A DNA stretch of 64,000 bases from an uncultured archaeon (GTDB lineage Archaea > Asgardarchaeota > Lokiarchaeia > Sigyniarchaeales > SOKP01), in contig CAZALK010000014.1 of assembly GCA_964486045.1 (NCBI GenBank), positions 1 to 64,000 of the forward strand. The letters are read 5' to 3'. The notes beneath the pieces are model-generated. The model was not told the origin of the DNA and did no database searches. It worked only from the letters and a program-made list of their open reading frames with translations. Of the stretch, positions 41,801-51,480 are shown piece by piece (position 1 is the stretch's first letter; every line of letters begins with the position of its first letter). The position numbers and the translations under genes were made by a program.

Positions 41801-43136
41801 GAATTTCTTTTGATTGTTCTTTAGTTTCTTTTTCATTCTTATGTAATGATATTTTTTTTTCTTCTTGATCTTCTTTCTGTTGTTTTAAATACTTCTTCCA
41901 GTTAATAAATCCTTTAGTTTCTTTTCCTGCATATACCGGTCTTCTTCCTGTCTCTTGTTTATATTGTTCTTTAATTTCACTCTCTTTTAAAATCTGATGA
42001 GCTTCTTGAATAGACTTTTGTTCGATCTCTTGGTTTTGCTCTTGGGGTTGTTCTTTTTCTTGAGTAATTTCTCGCTTATTTTCTTGGATTCTTTTCTGTG
42101 AAGATTCTTTTGCCTTTTCTTCCTCATCCTGTTCTCTAATTGATTCAATTTTCTTAATATTATTTTTTCTGGGTGTTTGTGAAATTTCTTTTTGGCTCTT
42201 ATACGAAGGCTCTTGACTTAATTTTTGTTCTTGAGTTTGTTCTATTTTATGATTTGTCTTATCTTCTTCTTGCTCTTGAACTTTTTCTTGTTCCGAATCA
42301 TGTGAAGTTGTTAAAACCTGTTCTTGTTCTAAACCACGTTCTTCATAACTATTAAAGAGTTTTTCCATTTCTTCTTCCAATATTTCCACTTCCATTTCAT
42401 CTTGAGAAGACACATGCTCACCAAAAAATTCCATTGTCTCTGCATCTAAAATAATATTCCCCTCTTTGTCTCTTGAAAATGGTTCTTGGGACTCTTGCTG
42501 GAGGATTAATGTACTTTGGTCTGTTCCTATATTCTCTGTTTCTACACTTGAATTTATTTCTTCCACGTCTTCTTCTGAGTTTTTCTCTTCTCCCCTTAGT
42601 TCCTCATGAACTTCATCTCCTATCTCATCTGGATATTCATCGTGTGGACCTTCATTTGTATGTTCGTCGGGATTCTCATCTAAATACTCATCAAAGGGAT
42701 CGTCATTTGGCTGTGTATTAGGATCCTCATCTGGGTATTCATCAAAGGGATCATCATTTGGTTGTGTATTAGGATCCTCATCTGGGTATTCATCAAAGGG
42801 ATCATCATTTGGCTGTGTGTTAGGATCCTCGTCAGGAAATTCATCAAAGGGATCATCATTAGGTTTTGCGGTAGGATCCTCATCAGGATATTCATCAAAG
42901 GGATCGTCATTAGGTTTTACGGTAGGATCCTCATCAGGATATTCATCAAAGGGATCGTTATTTGGCTGTGTGTTAGGATCCTCATCAGGATATTCATCAA
43001 AGGGATCATCATTTGATAGTTCGCCAGGATCTTCATCTGGTTGTTCATTTGAAATTTCATCTGGTACATCGTTTGGATCACCCTCAGGGATTTCACCACC
43101 GGTGTCGTCACCATATTCACTACCTCCCTCAGACAT
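38871..43136 (-). CDS. Large multidomain protein: acidic repeats, Q/E/K-rich linker, helical trunk, tandem LAGLIDADG endonuclease-like domain
   Basis: AEFISIMLGDGHL (~40350-40312) and SLRGLFDTDGSI (~39996-39961), followed by LAFSNSS; no intein splicing motifs recognised. Confidence 0.8.
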   Translation of the reverse strand: MSEGGSEYGDDTGGEIPEGDPNDVPDEISNEQPDEDPGELSNDDPFDEYPDEDPNTQPNNDPFDEYPDEDPTVKPNDDPFDEYPDEDPTAKPNDDPFDEFPDEDPNTQPNDDPFDEYPDEDPNTQPNDDPFDEYPDEDPNTQPNDDPFDEYLDENPDEHTNEGPHDEYPDEIGDEVHEELRGEEKNSEEDVEEINSSVETENIGTDQSTLILQQESQEPFSRDKEGNIILDAETMEFFGEHVSSQDEMEVEILEEEMEKLFNSYEERGLEQEQVLTTSHDSEQEKVQEQEEDKTNHKIEQTQEQKLSQEPSYKSQKEISQTPRKNNIKKIESIREQDEEEKAKESSQKRIQENKREITQEKEQPQEQNQEIEQKSIQEAHQILKESEIKEQYKQETGRRPVYAGKETKGFINWKKYLKQQKEDQEEKKISLHKNEKETKEQSKEIREFNEEWAQYLANSIKKSEFPKDGKEKLIKFLEKYVTLRELLEKLKTKEISEEEFEEEVNKFEHILIEKSYIARPLFMNFDWFRRYYNEIIRTSGKRVANLYISKKTREFLSYISRRTEQLKNLDKSPENTEKFEEFLEKSFQIREKWALLLNNLIHKVSNKEISKEVKEELETVIKTYCEIRTILFNKKILKDDKEKLIQGRIEKYDPRFFELFEILKRFLGIYENYSRNWMEQSLILEGNKIVKCLSQKLEIIKKEKAIHQILNGEISSIQNLKEILRENLYKTTELTMNEKSKIIEIIQKKQDNEEDKSRLKLLLKKLSIGELDSLIGESFNQVLQTNVKNGLYDIIEPKKILNQKLISQDEIVSNLAEYKDSEEKNRFLNNGEKIYVLPTKWIKVKTSVLSKIREILKDRNIRVKEINKIIGQDFSKISKGRRMKEENFFKLNNLVGEDTLKKIFNQDFIPHDVYIGQDKYIPIERTEISAEFISIMLGDGHLDKNGSSTTIALNIIDDPDYVKYVKHEIIDKLFKKNSNFVEYFNHKLSPKSVVLISQRKSVHYAIYELGKSIQKKGLIPGNKVKNEVDVPDWVYFDKSEGKVFLISSLRGLFDTDGSISVIKNRNTLNLAFSNSSLPLCKDFIQMCSILGIKTGNIIKSNKENGNPEYQVYISSKSQIKEFFNKIKPQKITERKRRIFLGCQLIYLSLGKDIVELMEHQINIWKNKNNEMIFKYTKKNADLLKVWCETEFLRNDIKNLFGYPFLEKITDNMIDRAISEALVYRYTTYESEKAKFYVYLYKKLGNLSRIREYLRDIGNNVIPDKETIKKYIIQYLGEQKVIGSNNFFERNKITSITLYKGTNQINSFPRKLRNIICGVLYDKLFNFSVKVKNSFIINQLKVYFRNNDILLMNWLLDKKKDHNFYQALTSYFKDLIFLIKEILNQLSINQHASIQSLSKIKDIPFKYSVIREILNYLISVKI
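42669..43040 (-). repeat. 51-bp (17-aa) coding tandem repeat, 7 copies, consensus NTQPNDDPFDEYPDEDP
   Basis: TCATCAAAGGGATC recurs every 51 bp on the plus strand. Confidence 0.95.
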
Positions 43137-43153
43137 AAGTAAATCATCTCTAT

Positions 43154-45184
43154 TTAGAAATTACGTTTAACAGATTTAGTATCTTGATCTTCAGATTGCT
43201 TATGGAGATATTCCATAGTATGAATTGAGAATCTACGAGCATTTACTCCGTCAATAACAAGAGCACGCCTACATTTTTGATTAAAAACAGCCTCTTGTTC
43301 TTCTGAATTAAGTCCAAATAGTTGCAGACAACTCATGTCCGTTCTAAACAATATTTTTATATTTGGGAGTTTATAGACTGCTTCAAATAATTTTGAGGGG
43401 AGATGATCGGTGAGCATTAGAGATACACCTCTACTCCTAAATGCCCTTAAAAACGCAGTGAACACAATCTCTAAATGATATTTAGTTACTGTTTCATCAT
43501 CATCAGAATTTTGAGACTGTGGTTTCTCTTGAATTTCACTAATCTCATCTATCATGATCACATTTCTAAGGGTATTTGTTCTCATTTCAGGCATGAGTGT
43601 CCTAATCATTTGAAATATTGCATGAGTTACCAGTCTTTTCCCGTTTTTACTGAATCTTGATAAATCTATAAAAACATTTCGACCCTGTTTCCATTCTTCA
43701 AACCATTGTGGAATCGGTCCTAATTCTAGTATTTTATCGATTGTTGGGGAGGATACCAGTTTGATAACACGATTTTTGATAGCCCTTGTGATATTTGTTT
43801 GATATTTGATGTGGTATGGACGTTTGTCAAACCACTCCAAAAGTTCTGTGAATAGATCCTTTATTTTTTGAGGTGGTGTCCCTTTATTAGAAATATCGCG
43901 AGTTAATACATTTTCCATAATTGTCACAACAACATTTTTTAACCCAAGTGATGCAACTTGATATTCAGCCACTTGTTCACATGTCTCTTCTACATCTTCA
44001 CCCTTAATGAAATATGGAACCCGAAATCTAGGATCTCCTTTTTTTAAAACGATATCAGCATTAAATAACTTATCTTCTGTTTTCTTCACTAGATTGATTG
44101 TAAGAATCCCTACTTCAGGAGCTTTAATTTTAAATTCTTCAAGAATGTGAGCTAAAAATCTTGACTTCCCCACTCCAGATAAACCTGAGATAAATAAGTG
44201 GTGCACAAAATCTTCTAAACGAAAATATGCCTTTCTGTGAGTTTTGACACCATTACGGTATATATTTCCAAGTAAAATTAGTCTTTCATTTTCTGGTGTA
44301 AGAAATGAAAAGCTAATATTTTCTTTGGGAATAACATTTGCCTTTTCAATTGGCATATTACTAGGAATATTAAAATCAATTATATCCGGGTTTATAAAAC
44401 CAGGTCTATCTTCCTCGGGTATGTCCTCTAATATACTTCTATAAAATCTACCAGTATTTTTATTTAAAAGGTTTTTATAAAAAGGTCTTGCTTTTAATAT
44501 TTTACTCCAAGTATCAGAGGGTACATGTTTGAGATAAGCTCGTTCCCCATAAGCATTTTTTATGTTAGTAGTTAGATATTTTAAATAATAATTTAACTCT
44601 ACGCCTTTCAAATTACTTTCGGAGGAAATCACGTTATGTGATTTTGCACCCAAAAAGATTTTTATCTTATAATTCCGATCAGTTTCTAATTCACTTTCCA
44701 ATTCTGTCCCTTTAATTGACTTTATCAGTGAATCATCTTTTTGCCATAGAATATAAACTTGAATTACATCATTTTTATTGATATTGAACAGATTAATGAT
44801 TTTCTTTAACAGAAATATTTTTCCTTCAAATCGTGGCGGAGGGATCACAATTTCATAAATTGGATCTTCCTTGTTTAATTCCTCGAATGTGATTGGCTTT
44901 ACGCTAACTTGTCCATTTATGCCTGGATAAATTTCCATTAGATATGCCATCAGACAGTTACCATCTATTAATGCTTCTTCCTCTGTTTCTGCCTTTAAAA
45001 AAAATTTCCAATTGAAGATTTCATCACTGATTAAAAATTTTGCCCCATATACACGATTATCACCAAAAGGATTACATAACCATGAATTGTTTAGAATTTC
45101 TTCATTAAGTTTTCTTTCTACTTTGGGAATTTGTGTTATATTAATAATAGCCTGCCAAAATTCTGGTTCTAAAACAAAAAACAC
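43154..45184 (-). CDS. HerA/FtsK/VirB4-superfamily ATPase (DUF87-like)
   Basis: HLFISGLSGVGKS Walker A, VFIDLS, VIMIDE Walker B, RAFRSRGV arginine-finger region. Confidence 0.85.
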   Translation of the reverse strand: MFFVLEPEFWQAIINITQIPKVERKLNEEILNNSWLCNPFGDNRVYGAKFLISDEIFNWKFFLKAETEEEALIDGNCLMAYLMEIYPGINGQVSVKPITFEELNKEDPIYEIVIPPPRFEGKIFLLKKIINLFNINKNDVIQVYILWQKDDSLIKSIKGTELESELETDRNYKIKIFLGAKSHNVISSESNLKGVELNYYLKYLTTNIKNAYGERAYLKHVPSDTWSKILKARPFYKNLLNKNTGRFYRSILEDIPEEDRPGFINPDIIDFNIPSNMPIEKANVIPKENISFSFLTPENERLILLGNIYRNGVKTHRKAYFRLEDFVHHLFISGLSGVGKSRFLAHILEEFKIKAPEVGILTINLVKKTEDKLFNADIVLKKGDPRFRVPYFIKGEDVEETCEQVAEYQVASLGLKNVVVTIMENVLTRDISNKGTPPQKIKDLFTELLEWFDKRPYHIKYQTNITRAIKNRVIKLVSSPTIDKILELGPIPQWFEEWKQGRNVFIDLSRFSKNGKRLVTHAIFQMIRTLMPEMRTNTLRNVIMIDEISEIQEKPQSQNSDDDETVTKYHLEIVFTAFLRAFRSRGVSLMLTDHLPSKLFEAVYKLPNIKILFRTDMSCLQLFGLNSEEQEAVFNQKCRRALVIDGVNARRFSIHTMEYLHKQSEDQDTKSVKRNF

Positions 45185-45500
45185 CTCATAAATTTTTTTA
45201 ATAGATCATCTAAATATCACTATATATAAACAAAAAAGATGAAATTATCAGATTAGGATTTTTTATTTCAAGAAATCTCCCCTCTTTTTATTAAATTCAG
45301 AAGGTGGGGCTTAACAAAACCTACTTATTAAAAATTATTCACGAATTCCTAGCAGTTTGATTTAATAGATATTTACTAGGGATTAGATTAACAATTTTAA
45401 TAATTGTTAGATTATATTCTCAACATTAAAAATAACAAATCGAACTATTCATAGGTTTATTAATATATGACTTAAATTTTATAATAATGAAGAAAAAAAG

Positions 45501-47096
45501 ATGAAATCAAAAGCGAAAGCAAAATCAACAATTTTAATCACCTTAGGAATCCTCTTCACCTTCTCACCTACAATAAACAAAAGTTTCAATTTTAATGCAG
45601 GAAATAGTGATAACAGTATGGATTATAACAATGATTTTAAATTAGATAATAAAAATCTAAAAATCTCAGCAGTTTCTGGAAAAATTCATATTGATAACAA
45701 TTGGTCTGCTGCCAAGATTGCGGGAATTTCTACTGGGAATGGCATTTATTCCGACCCTTATGTTATTGAAGATTTGATAATAGATGGTGGAGGTTCGGGA
45801 AATGCCATCTTGGTTGAAAATTCCAACGATTATTTTATCATAAATAATTGTACACTTTACAATGCTGACGTAGGCATAAAATTAATAAATGTCATGAATG
45901 GAGCAATAAAGAATTCCACCATTACAAATAATTTAGGGTTTGGTGCTGATCTTGATCAGAGCTCATACAATTTAATTACCAAAAGTGTTTTTGAATCCAA
46001 TTATTTAGCCGGTATCCGGTTAGATCAGAACACTAACTTTAATGAAATTTTAAATAACAGCTTCATAGATGATTATATGAAATTTAGTAAAAATAACGAT
46101 AATAATACCGTAAAAAATAATAGATTATACGGAGGGAGCATTATTTTTGGTGACCAGTGTGATGGAAATACCATTGAAGGAAATTATATAAAAGATAAAG
46201 GTACAAGCACCGAGGCATCTATCGTGTTAGATTCTCAAAACCATTTTAATATGATACAGAATAATATTATACAGAATGGGTCAGGGATAATATTAGGAGG
46301 TCTTGCCTCTGGGAATAATACAATTATCAATAATACCTCAAGTTTTAATGATTATGGTATTCATATGATTAATATATTCTCAAATCGAAGATCAGATAAT
46401 CTTGTCATAAATAATACATTTCAGAATAATAATTACGGAATACGTGTAGCATTTGCTTCTCATAATAATATTACGGGTAACTTTATGAAAGATAATAATC
46501 TTGGAATAGAGATGTACAATGCTGAGAACAATTCAATTTATCTCAATATATTTAATAATCCTACGAATGCCATTGGGTTTGAAAATAACAAATGGGACAA
46601 TGGTTCAGTTGGAAATTATTGGCGTGATTATATGGGTAAAGATATAAATGATGATGGCATTGGCGATATCCCATATAATATATCAATGTCAGCAGGAAGT
46701 CAAGATAATTATCCCATTTGGTGGGACGGACCAGTAATTTCAATTAATGAACCTTATCAATATGAGATATTTACATCAAATGCCCCAAATTTCAATATTT
46801 CTATAAATGAAGGAGTACCAGATACTCTGTGGTATACTATAGATAGTGGATTAACAAATTATACCTGTTCTGCAACTGGTTCAATTGATTCTGATACATG
46901 GGCTACTTTACCAGAAGGAGAGATTACTATAACCTTTTATGCCCAGGATGAAGTAGGATATATCGGTTTTCAAAGCGTAACTGTTATAAAAAGAATTACA
47001 TCTCAAATAACGATTCATGGTTATAATCTATTCTTTCTGTTTGGCATATTATCGGTTGTAGTAATCCTCATAAGTCAAAAACTGAAGAAATCTTAA
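45501..47096 (+). CDS. Cell-surface right-handed beta-helix (NosD/CASH) protein with Loki-CTERM-like anchor
   Basis: Signal-like N-terminus, GNG.YSDPYVIE, Asn-ladder repeats, GNYWRDY...DDGIGDIPY, C-terminal IHGY-TM-KK. Confidence 0.85.
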   Translation: MKSKAKAKSTILITLGILFTFSPTINKSFNFNAGNSDNSMDYNNDFKLDNKNLKISAVSGKIHIDNNWSAAKIAGISTGNGIYSDPYVIEDLIIDGGGSGNAILVENSNDYFIINNCTLYNADVGIKLINVMNGAIKNSTITNNLGFGADLDQSSYNLITKSVFESNYLAGIRLDQNTNFNEILNNSFIDDYMKFSKNNDNNTVKNNRLYGGSIIFGDQCDGNTIEGNYIKDKGTSTEASIVLDSQNHFNMIQNNIIQNGSGIILGGLASGNNTIINNTSSFNDYGIHMINIFSNRRSDNLVINNTFQNNNYGIRVAFASHNNITGNFMKDNNLGIEMYNAENNSIYLNIFNNPTNAIGFENNKWDNGSVGNYWRDYMGKDINDDGIGDIPYNISMSAGSQDNYPIWWDGPVISINEPYQYEIFTSNAPNFNISINEGVPDTLWYTIDSGLTNYTCSATGSIDSDTWATLPEGEITITFYAQDEVGYIGFQSVTVIKRITSQITIHGYNLFFLFGILSVVVILISQKLKKS

Positions 47097-47217
47097 TTGA
47101 TACATTCTACTCCATCAAGGTTTATTTTTTAAGATGAGAATTTTTTATAATACTAATATACTCTACAATTTTATCTAAGTAATTTAAACAAACCAAATAT
47201 TCAACACGATTAAAATT

Positions 47218-50200
47218 TCATTTATCTTGTATATTAGAGATTCTCAGGGTATTTACATATATTTTATCGTAAAAATCAGATAATAATTCATATAAATCAT
47301 TAGCTCTCTTCTCAACATCATCTCGCTTAGAAAAAATCTGTTTAGACTTTTTATAATAAACTTTCATCTCATTTATAGTAAAAGGAATTAATTTGTAATC
47401 TACTAAATATTCATAAAAGATTTCAGGTTTCTCAAGTTCAGATGTAGGTATATCGCTGATCTTGAGGTAAGATTGATGAAGATTTATTATAAAGTCTCTT
47501 ACTAGGGTTTCTCCGATTTTGAGAGACTTTTCAAACTCATTTCCTATAAGACACTCATAAATCAGAAATAATTCCCGAATCATTTTAGAGTTTTGCTTAT
47601 TTATTATCTTTTGAAATTTCTGTTTATCGATAATGTACTTATTGTCTTGTTCCAGAAATAAACCTAACATTTCAGATTTATTCTCACTGTTTTGTTCTAT
47701 AGCATCAACAGAAATATCTGATAAAGTATCCCCCTTGACACTAAAATAATCTTGTAACGCATCTTTATATTTTGATCCAACGGTATAAGATGTTCTTATG
47801 GATTCAGAACCACTTGCCCTATTTGGATGAGCTTCGATTAAGTAACCATGTTTAACTATCATGTCGAATATCTCGTCTCTTATTTCTTTAATTTGAGCTT
47901 TGTCTTGAACTTTTTTGGAAGCTTTTGAACTAATATAATTTAAAAGCTCACTTTTTACTTTACTTTTATATAAGTTTCCAATTTTATCAACTGTTTTTAA
48001 AGCACTGAGGAAATTTATAATTTCTTCGATAAAATCGGCATAAATTCCAAAATCTTTTTCAAACAGTGTTTTTTTAGTTTTTTCTAACATTTTTTTTTCA
48101 GCAAGTTTAAGTTTATAACCCTGTCTGTCCATATAGGCTATAATTTGTTCTTTAGTGAGAGGAGGAGTGTTATGGAGATTTTTAAACTCAAGTCTTCCTG
48201 GAAACGGTTGATAATTATCAGATCTTTTCACAAGTACTTCTTCATCATGCATACTCATTAAATAATCAATTTGATATGTGTTATTTCGTTTAGAACTATA
48301 GTAACCGGTCCCTTGTAGCTCTTGTAATTTCATTTGATTTTTTAAAACTGCAATATCTCGTGGATCTGTTGCTTGAAGCGATATAATATTGTGAAAATAA
48401 TTAAAAATATGAGGATGAAGATATCGGATTTGGTTTGCAGAAAATACAAACCCAAATCCTTTTTTAAGAAATGGCTCAATGAACTTATCTATTTTTCCAT
48501 AATTTACAGTATTAGAGCTTTTATCAATATAGTATGAATCGAAGAACATATCAACATTAGGAAGAACCATTATTTTTTTATAATAATCTTCCGAACCTTC
48601 GATGTAGTGAATGAATTTAGCTATGATTACAAAAGTTATAAAAGTTTTTTTCTCTAAATCTCTTAAAATGGAAAGGTCAATTATAACGGTCTTATCGTTC
48701 TTTAAAAAATCGATTGGATTGATATCTTCTCCATGTTCAAGGGTATTACTAGAAAATATTTCTCCTTGGTTAGAAAAATCTTTAAACAATGATAATAAAC
48801 TATTAGAAGAGAAAGTTTTCTCCCATTTTTGCTTTAATTGAAGGTTTAACGTAATTGAAGTTAAATCCATCTCGTCATTCTTTAGAATCGTTTCTTTTAG
48901 AACATCAATGTTTTGCTTTTGCTCCTTAAACGCCAAAGCAAATACATCATAGAACAAATTTAAATAATTTAGATTATTTTTATCATATTTTATACCTGAG
49001 TGCTGTATTTCAATACTGAAGGAGGTTCCTAATTTGAAATGTAAAAAATTATTGTAATATTGAGAGTTTTCGAAGAAATGAATGAGTTTTGACCAATAAC
49101 CAGAATAATCAAAAATTATAGACGGAATCTTTAATTTAACTAATTCTGATATTACTTTCATCATCGCATGCTCTCGCTAATAGGGTGCCCCATTTGTTAT
49201 TAGCAATTGCTTTATTTGTTCAGATGTAAAACCTAAAGGAACCTCTTCCTCTAAAAATTCCGTATTAATAGTATGACCAATAGTAATAAAATTGTTTAGG
49301 TGTAATGGAGTATTAAACTCAGCAGCAATCCTTGTTTCAACTCCTTTTTTGAATTCATTCACTACTTTAGCGAGGTCAATTAATCTCTTACCTTGAAAAT
49401 AAAGATAATTTAGATGAGTACCACCTAAGCGAAATTCATTATTTTTAAAAACCTCACTCAAAAATCCAGAAATTTGCAGTTTTTTACTAAGACTTATTAA
49501 TTTGAATCTTGAGAAATTATTTTCAAAAGATTTACTTATTATTTTTGAATTCCTATTTACTTCTTTCTCTAATTCAATAAAATCCTCCATTTCAAATCTA
49601 CTTGACAATTTATAAGATGTTGTTGATAACGTTAAAGTTGTCTTCCAGAGTCCTGATCTCATGTCTAGCCAATTATAGAATTCTTCTTTAGGATATTTTA
49701 CGTTTCTGGCATTTTCACCATCAAGGGTGATAAATACAATCCCCTCAAGTGCATCCACAGTATTTTGGTTTAGGTAATTGGCACATTCTTTGCTAAATAA
49801 TCTCCCATAGACCGGAATAGTATTTAGGTTATAAACAAACGGGATTTTATGGCTAATTAATGCTCTAAAGAATTTATCTGAATAAATTTCACTTGGATAA
49901 CGACTCGCAGTTCTAAGGTTAAACATCTTCTTAGCTAAAAGTAAATGATCATGAATTAAGATAAAAAGACAGTTAGGAACGCTTAAAAATCTAAACTTCT
50001 TAAAAGGATCGACTAAGTTTAATCCCTTAAGGTGATTAAATCGAGATTTTGAGATAATAAACATTAAATCTCTTCCCCATAATGTTGTAAGAAAAAATCC
50101 TAAAATGAGAGCTATAGCTATTATGAAACCAACATGAACATTAAGCAATATTAATAAAAATGATGTTAATCCGATGATAAATATAAAAAGGAGCGTTTTA

Positions 50201-51114
50201 GGAAAAATTTGTAAGAACTGGCTCTTTGACATAAAATAATTGTCTTCTCCATGATCGATTTTAATAGATTGTTCACAAACAACTGATCTTATAGCGTTGA
50301 TTAAATCATTACCAGCAAGTAATGCAATTTTTGTATGATGAAAATTTACGCTAAAATTTGATTTTAGTTCCATAGAATAATCTTGAACTTGCCCCATCAG
50401 TTCCCGCAATCTAGTTCTAGTTAAAATACCTTTTACAACATGATAGACGCTAAAGTAAATAGAAATTCGATAAGAATTGTTGTTATTATAATTTTTAGTT
50501 TGGTGAGGATTTATATGGATGTCCTGCGCTTCAGGTGAGATTAAAGGAATATTAATAATTGGGTTTTGTACTACTTGGTATGTGTATGGAACCCGGGCTT
50601 GATACAATGCCTTGATAAACTGATTTAATGTAGGTTGTACATTTTCAGGAAGTACTTCAATTTTAAATATATGGGTACCTATTGTTATCACATCTTCTTT
50701 ATTCATAATTAATAAAGTGGCAGGGTCATCTTCTGCTATCCAGAATGTAAAGTTCTCAAAAGGGTTTATAACTTTGAAAGATTGAAATATTTTGTTGACT
50801 ATATCTCTAAAATGAAAATGTTTTAAATTAAAAGCCACTGTGAAAAAAACTAATAGAAATGCAGTAAGAATTAATGATGTAGTAATGCTAGTTGTAATGA
50901 TATAAAGCGATATTGAAAAGAATGTAAGAATTATAATTACAAAAACTATCTTTCGAATCCCTCGCTCGATATTGGTGTCTATATATGAAGGAATAACATC
51001 CCATATATCTAAATATTTTTTTTCAGATGATTTCTGCTCCTCTTCAAAAGACATATCTTTTTTATCTTGATCTTGAGATAAATTGCTTCTATCCCTATTT
51101 TTATACATAGTCAT
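47218..51114 (-). pseudogene. Membrane-anchored, degenerate HerA/VirB4-like ATPase (~1298 codons) interrupted by one in-frame TAG at 49179-49177
   Basis: The 645-aa and 648-aa ORFs share a frame and join as LLITNGAPY*REHAMMKVISELVKLKIPSIIFDYSG (Walker-A position, no GKS/T); later VIIDLS and FVFSANQ; two TM hairpins in the N-half. Confidence 0.7.
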
Positions 51115-51228
51115 GGTACTTTTTCCAATAATATACTATTTTTTTAATAACTTCTATTTAAATTTCTATTTAAATAAAAAATTGAAAAAACTCGATTCCA
51201 AAAAAAAGTTTTAAAATTATTTATAAAG

Positions 51229-51372
51229 ATTAGTCATAAAAGAGCTTCTTTAGCAGCAAAAGAGGTTGCTGAATTAATGGCGAAGGAATATTCATGGAGT
51301 GATGATAAAAAAGAAGAAGAAATTGGTGTCTATTTAGATTACATCAAGAAATCTGTTTCATTTATCAAATAA
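51229..51372 (+). pseudogene. Orphan 3' fragment of a glpD homologue
   Basis: ISHKRASLAAKEVAELMAKEYSWSDDKKEEEIGVYLDYIKKSVSFIK* aligns without gaps to the GlpD C-terminus ITPNSVLEATEKVAKLMEKEYSWTEDKKNQEIETYLEYNKKTLEFLL*. Confidence 0.85.
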
Positions 51373-51480
51373 ATACAAATATGTTAATATATAATCATTG
51401 GACTCCCTTTGAAATATATTTTTAAGTTTGTATATACAATATAATAACAAATCTAAATTTATATCTAAGAGTGAAAATAA

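Larger units (their letters stand above)
38731..51372. mobile_element. Candidate genomic island bounded by diverged duplicates of the glpD 3' end
   Basis: A second copy of the last ~47 glpD codons lies at 51229-51372; accessory ATPase/nuclease genes lie between; no integrase seen. Confidence 0.5.

Noticed and set aside
42669-43040. Regular repeats that could be a CRISPR array
   Set aside because: 51-bp in-frame coding tandem repeat with no unique spacers and no cas genes.
42680-43170. Several short ORFs in alternative frames
   Set aside because: Shadow frames of the tandem repeat.
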